DNA of 62,287 nt, filler included, from Choristocarpus tenellus KU-1152 (Eukaryota > Protista > Phaeophyceae), in assembly GCA_964200185.2 (NCBI GenBank). It is 12 parts of 12 records of this genome, joined end to end, with 100 filler letters (N's around TTAATTAATTAA, not from the genome) between each part and the next. Parts side by side here need not be neighbours in the genome. Positions count along the whole stretch, not along the records: positions 37,684 to 42,113 come from CAXNAD020014592.1; positions 42,214 to 47,982 come from CAXNAD020009795.1; positions 48,083 to 55,326 come from CAXNAD020006474.1; 9 more parts are not named here. One strand, 5' to 3'. Shown here piece by piece: positions 38,073 through 51,300 of the stretch. The notes under the pieces were generated by a model. It saw only the letters and a program-made list of their open reading frames with translations. It made no database searches and was not told where the DNA came from. A program made the translations under genes and the position numbers. How positions within the stretch are numbered: position 1 is the first letter of the stretch; each line of letters begins with the position of its first letter.

Positions 38073-40348
38073 CACCTCGCAATGGTGAGTGATGGAAGCT
38101 TTGCTGTCATTTAAGGGTCTCCCCTTGGACACATCACACACGCGGATGACCTTAGGATCAGTACGGTCCAGGATAGCCACCGCCTCCTCGGAAAGGGAGA
38201 TGCCTTGGCGATTCAGAAACTCTGGTCGAAGATTTTGGAACCGTGGGTTGCTGACTTGACGTCCCTCATATGTCCACACCTTGAGAGACAGGTAATCATT
38301 TTTCCCGTTTGCCAAAGATTTTTGGTTGAGTAAGGTAGATGTGAAAGCGGTTTGTATTTGAGAGGTGATGCTAGTAGAGATAGGTAAGCCATCGATAGTT
38401 TGGGTCATCATCCAGCATAGCCGACAGGGATCTCGGATTACCTTACTATGTGGAAATTACATTACACTAAAATTTTGATGTGATTCATGCACGTGGCCAG
38501 GATTTTAAGACATGTTGCAAAGGACTCACAAGGAACTGAGATTGCTGGAGTGAGTGTTGGTGAAGGATTGTTAGAAGCGCATAATGTGTTTTTATGTCTT
38601 TCAAGAGGAGCACTGCCATGTACACTGAGTGCTCCAGAAAATTATGTTGTCGGTACAGGGGTGTGACATGGCGACTCTTACAGACCAAAAAAAGTAGATG
38701 ACGCAAAGTATCTGGGAGGGGGGAGGCGGCTGTCCATTCAGGGCTCATTTTTCCGTTTTGTGATTTTTGGATGACTTGGTTGCTTGCGTCGGATGGATAA
38801 TATATGTGCACTTCTTCTGGTCAGGGCTCGAAGGAACACCCTGGTGTAGACCCCCCCCCCCCCCCCCCCCCCCCCCATTATTCAAGCTAANNNNNNNNNN
38901 CTCTACACTAGCAATAAGGGACATCACATTACCAACCCCTCTACTACCTTCAGCTCTGGTACGAGGTTCCTCCACCCACCCACCCCAGATATTTTGAGCC
39001 AGATACAGTGTTTTGAATACACTCTTGAGACCTAAGGTAATCAATTCACAGCAGTCTTGTCTGCTTGTACAAGAACATTCACTGATGGTGTGAGATCAGA
39101 ACGAACAACTTGTTCTGGGATACTGAGGAAGGAATGATAGAATGATATGCTGTGCAGGCTAACTGGGAACCGAGCACTGAATAATTTACACTCTTGAGGG
39201 CGGAAAAGTCTATGAAGAAGGTGTGACGGTGGCTTAACTGAAAAGGGTATGGTACGCATGGGTATTGACCCTTAGCTCTACCCCACCCTGAACCTAGCGC
39301 GATTCATAATTGACTCCAGTCCTTCCACAATCAACCCTGGGGAGAGAGGGATTTGTTCCCAACCTGTACGCCCTGCACGCTGTCCACAGTGAGGAACACA
39401 GACTTGGCCATCTTTATTAGGGAGGCGTTGCCTCTCATATCCAATATATGAGGCGTATTCCAGTTGGACACCGAGTATATGTACACCTGTTTTCAAGACA
39501 TAACTGTTGTGCTTTTGATTGTTTCATTATTTCTTGAGTGTTAAGAATGATTGCTTAAATTAATTATGGGTGCAGGAAGCATCAAGGGTCAATGTAAGAA
39601 GAGGGGATCAATCGTCTGGGTGCAAACCTGCGGCACCAAAGCACGGGCTGGAGGCTCTCCTTGATAGCATTGCACAATATGGACATTTAACAAGGTGGAA
39701 CTGCAATGTAAACAGGAAGGGCCTCTCTGCAAAAATCATTACCAAATCCTGTTCTATGACCTCCCTGCCTTACCCCTAAGGAGCCCTATTTGTATCTTCA
39801 ATCAGCTCGCATATACAATTTATTTTCAGTAGCACTGACAATTCGTGTTTACTTCAATAATGAGGGGGTAGAAGAGGTTGAGGAGCAAGTGCATCCTCTT
39901 GACTCAATGAGAAATCTAGGCTCTATATTGACACAAATGTTGCATTCTGACAATGCAAGCTCCTCAATGTTTTCAAGGCCCATCAGCACTAAATTGTTGG
40001 AATAGAAAGCCTTGTATGCTGCACTTAACGTATTTTTCAAGATACAATAACACATGGCTGGTAAGCAATGGGGCCAAGAGTCATAGGGTACAATAGATCT
40101 TAGAGTAGATGGGTGAAGTTGGAGGGAAGGACGGGGTGAATGACTGACAAGGAATTGGAGTCAGCTTCCACTTTCTCATAGGTTTCTATTTGTATTCTGA
40201 GGTACAATACCTGGTTGTTTGTAGTCACTAGAAGGTAGCCATACCCAAGAGCCATCTCAACTACTCTACCAGCAGAAAAATCCAGCTCTTCCTGAACCTC
40301 AGATCCCGCGTCCTTCACGATAATCTTCTGGGGGGAAGTCAGGACCGC
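38073..40348 (-). CDS. IFT80: Intraflagellar transport protein 80 (three internal exons)
   Basis: Exons 40348-40211, 39486-39364 and 38279-38073 give RVVEMALGYGYLLVTTNNQ-VYIYSVSNWNTPHILD...-VWTYEGRQVSNPRF..LRPEFLN...ISLS...AILDRTDPK, which is collinear with IFT80 as I recall it. Confidence 0.9.
38700..39000 (+). mobile_element. MITE subfamily B in an IFT80 intron (spans a 10-N gap)
   Basis: GACGCAAAGTATCTGGG...CCCAGATATTTTGAGCC with AGAT on both flanks. Confidence 0.75.
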
Positions 40349-40461
40349 CTGTGATTGAACACGTGGATGTAGCATAATACAGAAGTTGATTAGCGTTGTG
40401 AATTGCAGTGGTTGTGTTGCTATGATTTGATTAAATCATTGCTAGTTGAAACAGAAATTGA

Positions 40462-40726
40462 GGCCCACAAAGTATCCTAGAACGGGGGTCAGGAGTCCAT
40501 TCAGGGTCTCTGTGACCCTGTAGTGATTTCCGTATCACTTGAGTAAACGTGTGAGATGTGTTGGACGATTTCCTTCATCTTGATGCACATTCCTTTTTCA
40601 TCCCCCTGCCTGGACCAAATCCGAAGGAAATCCTGCTTGGCATTAAACTGGGGTGTTTTAATACCCCATCAAGGTCCGAATAGACAACCTGGTCTAATCC
40701 ACCCCTCCTCTAGGATACTACAGGCC
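40462..40726 (+). mobile_element. MITE subfamily C (265 bp)
   Basis: GGCC...AGTATCCTAGA / TCTAGGATACT...GGCC inverted termini with a perfect TTGA TSD and an inner GTCCATTC motif. Confidence 0.8.
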
Positions 40727-41425
40727 TTGAGGGGTGGTTCTCATTTTTCCCATTTGAGTACATGCTGCGACTATTGCTTGTGAGTTCGGCACATTGCTTG
40801 CATCCATTCATGTGCTGTATGTATGTTTCGATTGTAATTGAGTACACAATTTCGAGCTGATTTAACTTACACTCATAAATACTATTGGTGCACAACACTA
40901 AAGTTGAGCAACTGAACAATGCACAAGCAACACGAATGAGAGGCCAGCATGGATGAAGGAAAGGAGAACTGTGGGGTTAGTGCTTGTGATCATGGCAACT
41001 TGTGAATGGTACAATATTCGTAGCAGCATCATTGTGTACTTCCAGCAGGATCTCTGTAATATAAAGTCCAAAGTACTACATGATGCTGATCCTTATCCTG
41101 TTTTGTGTTTAGTGCAACAAGATCACAATATCTGATCCCTTACATAAACCCCACGTGAGACTGTCTTTTTGTGATAGATGGTGCTCTCTCAACAGGCCAG
41201 GCCCCTTGCTACCACCAGCAGTATGCACATGGAAGTAACACCTCTGAGAGAGGAGATAGTAGATCAGACGATGGGGTAAAAACACGTCTCTAAAAAGTTG
41301 TTACTGCCTTGGTACTGGATTCTTGGTTTCAAGTTAGGTTTCTGCGGTATTTGAGAGGGTTGGGTTTTGGGATAGTTGGTTTTGTGGTTGGCTTGGTTGA
41401 CTGGCTGGCTGGTCAGCTGGTGTGT

Positions 41426-41598
41426 GACTCAAAGTATCTGGGGGGGGTGGCGGCTGTCTATTTGGGCCAATTTTTTCATGCTGCAAATTTTGGGTGATTT
41501 GGTTCCATACGTTGGATAATGAAAGTGCACTTTTCCTGGTTTTGGTCCAAATGGACACTCAGGCGTAGACCCTCCCCCCCCCCAAGATACTTTGGGTC
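41426..41598 (+). mobile_element. MITE subfamily B, complete copy (173 bp)
   Basis: GACTCAAAGTATCTGGG...CCAAGATACTTTGGGTC, collinear with 19038-19209. Confidence 0.9.
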
Positions 41599-41954
41599 TG
41601 TGCCCGATTGCCTGCTCTGATTTCCTGGCATGTGTAGGCTGAAAGTATCTGGGTTTCTTTCTTGGGAAAACCTGACTTTGTAATCCAGAGTCAATGTGGC
41701 AAGAACTACGGGTTGTACACAAGGTATAGCACTCTCCTATCTGTCGCCATTCCACAAAAACGTGGGAAACCCTGAATGAAGTGGCAAGGCTTCCCTCCAA
41801 AGGGACGTTGAGGCGGGCCCAGCACATTATTTGAGGGAGGGGGCGGAGTGATGAGTGGTGGGATGCCTGAACCCAACCAAAACATGTGAGAACCAAGGTA
41901 CCATGTAGCATGAGTGTAGGTAGTGCAATTATTCATAATGCAAGAGCCAGTTCT

Positions 41955-42113
41955 GGCCCAGAGTATCCGGGGGAGGGGTGGCGGTGTCCATTTGGGGCCC
42001 ATTTTTCCATGTTGCAATTTTTGGGTGATTTGGTTGTATGTGTTAGACAGATAATGTAAGTGCACTTTTCCTGTTCAGGGCCCAAATGGACACCCTGGTG
42101 TAGACCCCCCCCC
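41955..42113 (+). mobile_element. MITE subfamily B copy running into the contig end
   Basis: GGCCCAGAGTATCCGGGG...CCAAATGGACACCCTGGTGTAGACCCC. Confidence 0.85.
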
Positions 42114-42246
42114 NNNNNNNNNNNNNNNNNNNNNNNNNNNNNNNNNNNNNNNNNNNNTTAATTAATTAANNNNNNNNNNNNNNNNNNNNNNNNNNNNNNN
42201 NNNNNNNNNNNNNCCCCCCCCCCCCGTGCACTCCCACCCTGGGCAC

Positions 42247-44651
42247 CTGGACAGCTCGCATATCCACTTAGGAGCAGTGAGGGGCGCAGCCTTTTTTGAG
42301 TCCCCTGCAACACTATTCCCATTCTCTCCGTCCCCTTTCCTGAACCTTCCTGTCCCCAGGGCAGCCGAAAGCACAAAATTATCGTGATTGCCCCTCACAG
42401 CCAGGAAGCCCTCTTCCCTCGCAGTGCGTATCACCTCTGCTGATTTGGGTCCCTTCACGTCATTTGGCGGAACATTTTGTGCTCATTACAAAAGGGGTTT
42501 ATCGGCAAAATGCTGCATGGAAAAAACGGCAGGGCAGGGGCATTTCGTGGGGAAAGAAAAAAGACGAGAGAGAGACAAGACACCACCGCAAGAGGGTCCT
42601 GTCTTTATTCGCTTTGAAATTTTTCAGCAGATTAGGGCGCGGTATAAGCCTCAAGCTACGACTATGACTCCAGGGTATGATACCGCAAGAGATGAACACT
42701 ACTGGTGTCATTTTTTTTTTTCTCTTCCTATTTTTTTTCTTTATTTGATGTTAAACACCGCTGTGGTGGAAAGACTAGATAGCCGCATAATACTATTGCC
42801 GTTCTTTCTCTTTCAAAAGATGGCTTCATCGTTTTCCTTAATTTTTTTTTGTTTTGCAATGCCTTTCGTCTCCTCAGAGAAAATAAAATAAAATATATAT
42901 ATATATATATATATCTGCGTGGTATATCTCTTAGGACTCGGGATGGATACGACTGCTATTCAGTCTGTTTATATTGTGTCTGAAAGTGCCCGACTTCATG
43001 TCGCTGGCAAGAACACAGAAGTGGAGTTTTTCCAGAGCGCAAAATTGAAACAGTGGAAAGAGACGTTGGTCCAGTTGGGAGATGTTCAACATGCCCCAAA
43101 TGTCACATCCCCTGCCTTTCCCTTAGACCTCTCGGCCACCTTCAATACCTCTCAACAGTGGGATGCGATTGGTGGACATACAACTATAATCAGCCGCCCA
43201 GGAGTGCATACCCCTTCCTCCTCCTCCCCCACCCCCTAAATCAGTGTGTGTGAAATCACACCTTGTTCACAAGGTCCCCCACTAGGACGACTGAGAAGCG
43301 CTCACGGTCTTCCCTGCGCCCCACACGGTACCCACACCTCTCCAGCAGGGCCACCATTTCATCGTGACACCCATGGACGTCACCCACGAGTATCACCTGT
43401 CTCTGCTGATATGCGGGGTGGTGGGTGAATACAGTTCAATACTCCATATTTGACATACGTGGCAACATGAAAAAAAAAGAAGGAAAACAAGTCCATCCCC
43501 TTACATCATGAGATGTTTGGGATGTCTTGTGGATAGTGTTGATTAGGGTAAGGGTTAGCAAAAGGCGTTTGCGATCTTCAATAAAATCAGAGCCCTAGCG
43601 GAGGGATTTTGTTCCCTCAAATGTCAAATATAACATTGATGGCTACAAACTACCATTTGTGAAATGGTGTATATACTGGTATTGGTATGATGCTGTCTGA
43701 AAGTCGAAAGGTGAAGGAGAATGGCTCTTTGCATTAGCTGAAGAGATACTTAACAACTTATTCACAATATCTATCCATACATACATACATATATACATTC
43801 TGGAACAGGCAAGATTACCAGGCAGAACATGTCTTCACTAGTCAAACTTTCGCCAATCGATATACAGGAACCCGCAGCTTTGCAGGAAGGAGGAACATTG
43901 TGTACACCAAGATCGTAGCAGGTAACAAGACAAATACATTGACCTTGACGGGATCTATGAGGGTACTGGTCGTTGCCGAACACAACGTTGCGCAATATTT
44001 GTAGATCAAGTAAGGTTCTTATCATATTTCAGGCATCGTGATTTTGGCAACTTCGTGCTTCCCTCGTATTTGGGAAGTACTCGCCTCGAAACAAAAATAC
44101 TAAGGTAGTTGTTGCCAGGCAAAAACCTCTTCTTGCTATAAGGGCATGGATCAAGAATGACGCAATTAATTTTCTACTGTGGTAAATTCAACCACATCAT
44201 TCAGGGATGGAGTGGAAGAAGGGTAGATGACGCAATTCTCCCACTGGTCAAGTCAGAATGGGACAGTCTAGGTTTTGAACCCATCTTCACGAGCTTCAGC
44301 TGAAGCAGATGCGGGAGGTGCTTTAAGTAGGTTGACTTCGTGTAGCCCCAGAGTACATGGTACTTCAACCACGAACATAAGACTCACCTTGATTTTCTCA
44401 GGAGTTACCTCTCTGTGTACAACCACAGGCATTGGAGTGCCCTCTGTCCCGACTTCCACATTCATCGCATGCCGCTCAGTTCTTTGACCGCTATGATCCA
44501 GCATTTCCCTGGGTTTTACCATTGGCGTGGGACAGAAAGTGTGACCTTTTCGGATGAGCGCTACCATCGTCAGGCACGCTAGAGCCCCTGTCACTCTAGG
44601 CTCAATAAACCCTAGAGCTCTTACCAACCTACTTGTCCAGGGCAAAGACAT
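42247..44651 (-). CDS. Calcineurin-like metallophosphoesterase (ApaH/PrpE/Ppn2-like); 5' three exons
   Basis: Exons 44651-44388, about 43396-43262 and 42452-42247 supply GDVHGC, VGDLVNK|GP.S and RGNHD in the canonical PPP-superfamily order. Confidence 0.9.
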
Positions 44652-45580
44652 CTCTTATTTCTTGGAAAAGCAACACACAAAGCACAAACTAACCCCAATC
44701 TACAAAACTACATTCGACAAAATTTCTTTGTTATGTGTATATTCGGTATGGAGTGAAACATGAAACACAGTATGAAGAACAGTGGACAAGGAAGGGTATA
44801 CCTGAGTCATTTTGAACCGAAAAATGGATGTATCAAAAAACAATTTGGATAATGAGTCACTCTGTCAAGAGATCCCTGGTAAAATCGTCCAACCTTCTCT
44901 AACACTCTGTGTCGCTCAGCTGTTTCCACCCACTTTTTGCTCAAATTTGTACCCATTTTCGCCCCATTCAAGTACCCTGATTAGACGAACAACACAACAA
45001 TGGAAATTACCACCTCCCTGAAGTATTGATGGTTGGGGAGCTTGTGGTTGGAAAACATAACCAAGGTGGATAAGAGAAGATCTGATCAACATGCCTCTAA
45101 GACGACCTTGACGAGTTTGAGATTGGAAATGAGTGTGTGGCGGACGGCATAGTGAGGTTTGTAGCAAATGACATTCCAAGGAAACTGTGATGCCTAATGT
45201 ACGTCACAACAAAGCAAAACGGTAAGATTGCCCAAGCCACCCACACCACCACCATCACTGTCTGATGAATGCTGTCTCTTTTTGGGCTGATTTCTCCTAC
45301 ATTGTTCATTCTCTTTCTTCTATTCCTCTCCGACGTTTCTTGGTTGATCATGTCATGTTTTTTAGGGGTTCTATTCCTACTATTCATTTGTATTATTTTC
45401 TTCTCTTTTTATTTTTCTTCTTTTTTCTTTGTGCTGGTTTATTTTCTCTCCTGGTCAATTCTTACCTATTCTCGAGCAGTTAGAGTTTATTCCCTTCCTT
45501 TCTTTGCTCACAAATTCTGGATTATTATTTATTCTATGGTTGCATTCCACCCATTCTACTCCCCCCTCATTGTAACACCA

Positions 45581-46300
45581 CATGTGACCAACCAGTGCAA
45601 ACCCCAAAAATCACTGATTTCCAGTCACCACCGACATCCCATGACCAACCATTGCAACCCCTTTGCTACTGATTTCCAGTCACCAACCCCATCCGATGAC
45701 AAACCAGTGCAACCCCTTCGCCACTGATTTCCCGTCACCAGGCACCTCCAATGACCAACCAGTGCGACTGTTACAGGCACCCCTCAATGCTCACCTTTCC
45801 AGGATGTACAAGTCAAGTCCAATTCCCAGATTATCGAACATCAGCTCAGCATAACAGGGGTACTCTTAAGTGAATCAATCAGTATAAAGTGTATATAAAG
45901 TTTAGCTAAGAGTGCATTTTTAGGAACTCAATCACCATTTGCCGTCTTGGGGGGTTTTCGGGTTCGTAAATACTGTTATGTATCTCAGAACCCTTTCCGA
46001 CCATTCATTCGTGATCCTCTGCAACTACCCGAGTTACAGTATATTCTGCAACTTTTAGGCAAATCGGAGTTCCCCCTTTTGGGGTTCCCCACGTGTGTAT
46101 ACTGCTCGCGCCAGTTAAGGCACAGGAAGAAATACTCGCCCTATTCGCCTGTAACACGACCCCTTCACCACTGCTTTCCAGTCATCACCCCCATCCGTCG
46201 ACCAACCAGTGCGACCCCTTTACCACTGATTTCCAGCCACCAACAACACCCGATGACCAACCAGTGCAACCCCTTCGCCACTGATCTCCAGTCATCACCA
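45581..46300 (+). repeat. Split minisatellite with a unit of about 55 bp (about 4 + 3 copies)
   Basis: ATGACCAACCAGTGCAACCCCTTCGCCACTGATTTCCAGTCACC recurs at 45581-45770 and 46160-46300, followed by CA-rich low-complexity DNA. Confidence 0.85.
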
Positions 46301-47947
46301 CTTTCCACTCCACCCCACGATTCAACCCCACTCAACCCCACACCACTCTCCTCTCCACCACACCACTCAACTCCCCTCAACCTTACTTTCCACTTTACCG
46401 CGCCATTGAACACAACTCAATCCCATGAAACATTTCACCATTTTTTGCTCCACCCCACCATTCAACATCACTCAACACCACAACACCTTCCACCACTTTC
46501 CATTCCACCACACCATTCAACACCATACAACACCACTCCGCATTCATCTAAGAACACCCCTTCAACATCCACTTCAATACTGTGCCTTTAAACTAGACAA
46601 CATCTACCCCGCACAAACTTGACCCCCCCCTCCCCTGTTCCCCAGCATCCTAGTCGGTCGTGAGCAATTGAAAGGGTGGGTGGGTGGGTGGGAGAGATTG
46701 CTGAGAGGTTGCCTTGTTCTAGCCCTGCTTGTCCTGTCCCACAGGTTTTCCTTACGTTCTGATCTATCCCTCCCTAACTTGTACTTCCATCTACCACCCG
46801 TTTCCTTTAACTTCTCTCCTACCTCTTCTGTCTCCTAGCCACTCTGTACTTAACTCTTCGTTCACCCAATAGATTTTTTCTTTTTACCCTAATCAACCCT
46901 TCCTTCCCCATACGTCATTCCTACCAGGATTCTCCTGGCCGTAAAATTCAGGTTACTTCATAAACTTCCCCTTTAAATGTTAAATGATCTTTGCCCTGAC
47001 CGATATAAACTTTTGCCAAGTTGATTTTTTTTTTCATACATGTGTACCCAGGTATGGACAGAGAAGACCCGAGTTCATTTTTCAAAAAGACTTTTGTACA
47101 CATGTTTCTTGTTTTTTACTCTCCTTCTATAATAAATATGATTTCTTCTTTCTTACCCATTTTCTACATTTTTTTAAACGGGAAGACAACTGTTTTAAGT
47201 TGAGCAGTTATTTCTGTTATGGTGTTTCCCCAACTCCATCCCCGTGTTTGTCCACGGTTTAAAATTGACCTCTTCCCAAATTTATTCATGTATACATATT
47301 GGCATCATAATACATATTTCCACACTATCACATCTTCACCACCCTTCTCCTGGGGATGCATATTGTTTTATTTTATAGCAGACAATAAAATTTCAAGTCT
47401 TCCCTTATAATTTTCTGGTTACGTTTCTATGTTGGGGGTTTTATACATATGTTTTTTTTTTAATTAATATATTTTCTTGCTTTCCTTCAAGAAAGTTAAA
47501 TTATTTATTCTTCTAACAAACTTTTAGCCCTGCTAAGACTAGAACATCCATATTCTATGCTATTGAATTGTATATACCTAACTATATAATGGTGGTGCAG
47601 CTAAACAGCTGTAATTTGATGACGATTTCTTTTTTTTGCCCTCCTCATTGGAGAAGATGGTTCATGTTTTTGCATCTGTATCTCCTTAATAGAGTTAAGC
47701 AAAGTTCCAAGCTAAGACTAGCTAGTCCTTGCCCATGCCCTTTCACGTTGAAGACTAGGCCAGACGTGATCATATCTGATACATCGAAATCGTGATCTTT
47801 CCTTGTGCCCAGATACGTTTTATTATCTCGCCCCTGATCAAGGAGAAGCGGCACAGGTTTGGTTGCCACCAAATCAATCTTAGTTACAAGTGCTAAGTTG
47901 TGAGGCCCGCTCGAAGAAGTCTTTTTGATCTGCCTCTTGCAAATATG

Positions 47948-47982
47948 GACCCAAAGTATCCGGGGGGGGAGGGGGGGGGGGG
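47948..47982. mobile_element. MITE subfamily B terminus at contig end
   Basis: GACCCAAAGTATCCGGGG followed by poly-G and the linker. Confidence 0.7.
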
Positions 47983-48318
47983 NNNNNNNNNNNNNNNNNN
48001 NNNNNNNNNNNNNNNNNNNNNNNNNNTTAATTAATTAANNNNNNNNNNNNNNNNNNNNNNNNNNNNNNNNNNNNNNNNNNNNCCCTCCACGCCGTTCTTC
48101 GTGTCTATGTGAAGAATTAATTGAGTTCGAAGGGGGGGGGGGGGGGGGGGGGGGGGGCTTGCTTTTCAAGATCAATGGTTGATACATTTAGGAGGTCAAC
48201 ACTGCTTATTGAGGTGGTTGAAAGTCCCACAGTGCTTGTATGTATTGACAAGGAATGCACATTGTTGTATTCAGTTCATCCCAGCCCTTGGATAACTCCA
48301 CACACACCTTTACAACAG

Positions 48319-51300
48319 GAGACAACAATGCTTTCTGAGATCCGTGCTGCTGGCTGTGGCATACTTCTTAGCCTGTGCTGCACCGGCCGTAGTTCCAATG
48401 CCCGTGGTGACCTTCTAGAGCTTGCACTGAGAAAGGCTGGTGTGCGACCAGCCGCCCTCCAACTCCTTGCTACCCTCAGTGTTGAGAAAATGAAGTACAG
48501 GGCAGAAGGAGCAAGTATCAGCGATACCTTGACTAGCTGTCAGGCAGATGGGAATCTCTTGAAGGAGGGGAAAGATGAAGTGTCAATGGGTGTGGAGAAG
48601 TTGTCTGGTGGAGGATGGAGGGATGATGCTCAGGGCCGAAGGGAGGAAGAGGTAGGGGACTTGGGCAGGAGGATGGGATTGCTGACAAAGGCAAATGCAA
48701 CAGCTGCACTGGTGACTCTGGTGGCGGCGATAAGCTCGAGGGGGGGGAGGTTTGAGAAGACAGAAAGCGCGGCTTTGTCAGCGATCTGCACTAAAGAGCT
48801 CCGGGCACTGGTGAGAGAGGGTTGTATTGTGATTTGAAGAGGAGGGGCGGGGAGGGGATGGGTAGGATGGTGAATGGATCTGTGGGGCATCGTCATGTAC
48901 TCCAGAGTAGTGAAGGCTTGGAAAGTAGGGTGGCTCAAGCATTGTGTTGTACTATAGTAGCATTTTAGCACCTATGGTAGAACTTAGGCGACAGTGTTAT
49001 CAAAATGGTATGTTCTGCCTAATTCAACAAATATTTGTACTTGAGCTCTGGTAGTTTACACTGAGAGGACACATGTAGTGAGATATGCTAGTAAGTTATA
49101 GTAGTAGTATGCAGTGTGATATTAGGGTGCTACTTCCTGCCAAGACATGTGCTCTAATCTAAGCTCCTCCAATGTTGTTCTGGGCAAGGTGTATGGTTCT
49201 GAAGACAAGCTCTAGAGGTTACTTCCGTGGCCAACATATTATGAAATGGTGTGCTTAGTGCTTGTAACTTACACATATATACCCATCTCTATGTGGGCAC
49301 ATATGTACAGATGAGGAGTTGCAATTATGTAAGAGTGAGGTGGGGTGTTTGCATAGCAGGGTAAGCTTGGAAGTAACTTGTCAAATGTAGAGAATACAGA
49401 TGTCAGTGTATGGGTATCTGCTGGGAATATGTTTGATTATTGATGATTGATCGACCTCTGTAATACTCCACACTTGTGGGCATTCATTTAAAGAATCCAA
49501 GAAGTGTTGTCAACAGATATTTAATGAGGCTTGAGTGGGCTGGGTTAGGTCATTGCCACTGATGCTGGGGAAGAGGTGTCAGTGCTACACGCAATGTTGA
49601 TGATTCTATTTGTGTTGTTTTGGTTAGAGCTGTCACATCAACATTCTTTTCACAACACTTGGCACAATATGAGCATTTTAACATTGATCTGCTACTCAGG
49701 CTTACCAATAAGGCCTTTAAAAGGTACTGAGTACATCAAGTCCACCTAAATATTTGAAGTAGGGGGTTATATCTCTTTAGTTTTGTACCACAAGTGGTGT
49801 CCTCTCAGACATCCAGGGGCAACAATTCCCCATCCATATGGTGTGTAAACATAACTTTAACCAGAGGTGGCTCCTTCTTGCAATATACCTATGATATGGA
49901 ATGTGTTTGACATTGTGACAAAAACCGGATGATGTGACCTCACACTTCTATTGTGTTGACATCCAGTCCTCACTGCTTTAGGGATTGTAACTGTTAGTCC
50001 CTCCCACTCCCTCTGCAACCTCCAACCCTGTGCTGCAACTGATCTCCCTTCTCCACAGGCCACGGGCATGCTTCCTAGCCCAGTCGAAAAGTACAACTCT
50101 CTCTCACTCATGGCAGAGCTAGCTGCAGACCCAGTGTGCGCCCGAGACATGTTCTATGCAGGCGCTGTGCCCCAGATGCTTCTTACGGTTCATGCCTGTA
50201 ATCACTCGCGCAACCCATCCCTAATGCCTGCGGCCACTCCTGGTCAAAATTATGCAAGCAATGGTGGTGACGATTATGAAGACTTTGGAGGGGGTACAAC
50301 AAGCTTTAGTGAAGTTGGAAATGGTCCAAAGAGGAATTATGGTAATGATGAGGTTGAACTCAAGGCAGGGGAAGACATTAGTAGTGACTGCGCAGTGGCC
50401 CTCCGCATCCTGACCCAACTCGTCAGAGGGCTGCCTGAGGAAGCCCCTGGAGTGGTGGTCAGGAATGAGGGGCTGAGAGGAGTGGTAAAGATCATTGTGA
50501 TTGGCCAGCAGCAGAGCGAGGGATGTGTAAATATAAAACATGCTGCCAGGGAGGCCTTGGAGGTGTGTGGGGGAACAGGAACTGGGGAATGAGGGGGGGG
50601 TTGGAGGGGGTGGCTCCTGATTGTTTTCATATTTGTAACCTTAGTTGCTAATATGAAATATTACCCCTACCTAAGCTATTCTTGACCAGGTTGTGTTGAC
50701 CAAGATGTGAGCCTAGTAGGCTTATGTATCTCTTGTCTCTGCAAGTTTTTTTTTAAGATTTCTCTGTAGTTGGGCATTGAAGAAACCCATAATTGGTTGC
50801 TCATGTGATTGTGCATCTTGACATTCCTGTTCTTGATCTGTTCTCTCCCTAATTTCTGCATGTATCACTTTTGTCTCTTCAAGCTCCTCTCTACGACCTC
50901 TGAGTCACCCTCGATGCCTGTGCGACGCATGCTGGGAGCAGTCCCTAGCCTGCTGGGAGCAGTCAGTCCAGGTGTCTCCACGCTGCACGAGACTTTAGAA
51001 GAATGTGGTGAAGAAAACAGCGAATCACAGATGGTGGTAACAGAATTGAGGGGATCCAGCAAAGGGAAGGGGGAAGGAGGGAAAGGGGGGGACATCGCAG
51101 CGAAAACATTCCGGTTGCTGGCAAACTTGTCAGCTCTAGATGACGGTCTCCGTCAGAAGATTCTGGTGGAGGTGCCTGGTGTCATAGTGGCTGCAGCTGC
51201 AGCTGTGAAGGAGGCTGCTGCTGTTGTGGTCTCTTCACTCACTTCTACGACGAGTGCATCTCCTGAAAGTTGGCCCTGTGAAAGATGTGGAGGACGTGGT

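Noticed and set aside
45269-46591. ORFs of 152 and 214 aa
   Set aside because: They are products of T-rich low-complexity and minisatellite DNA.
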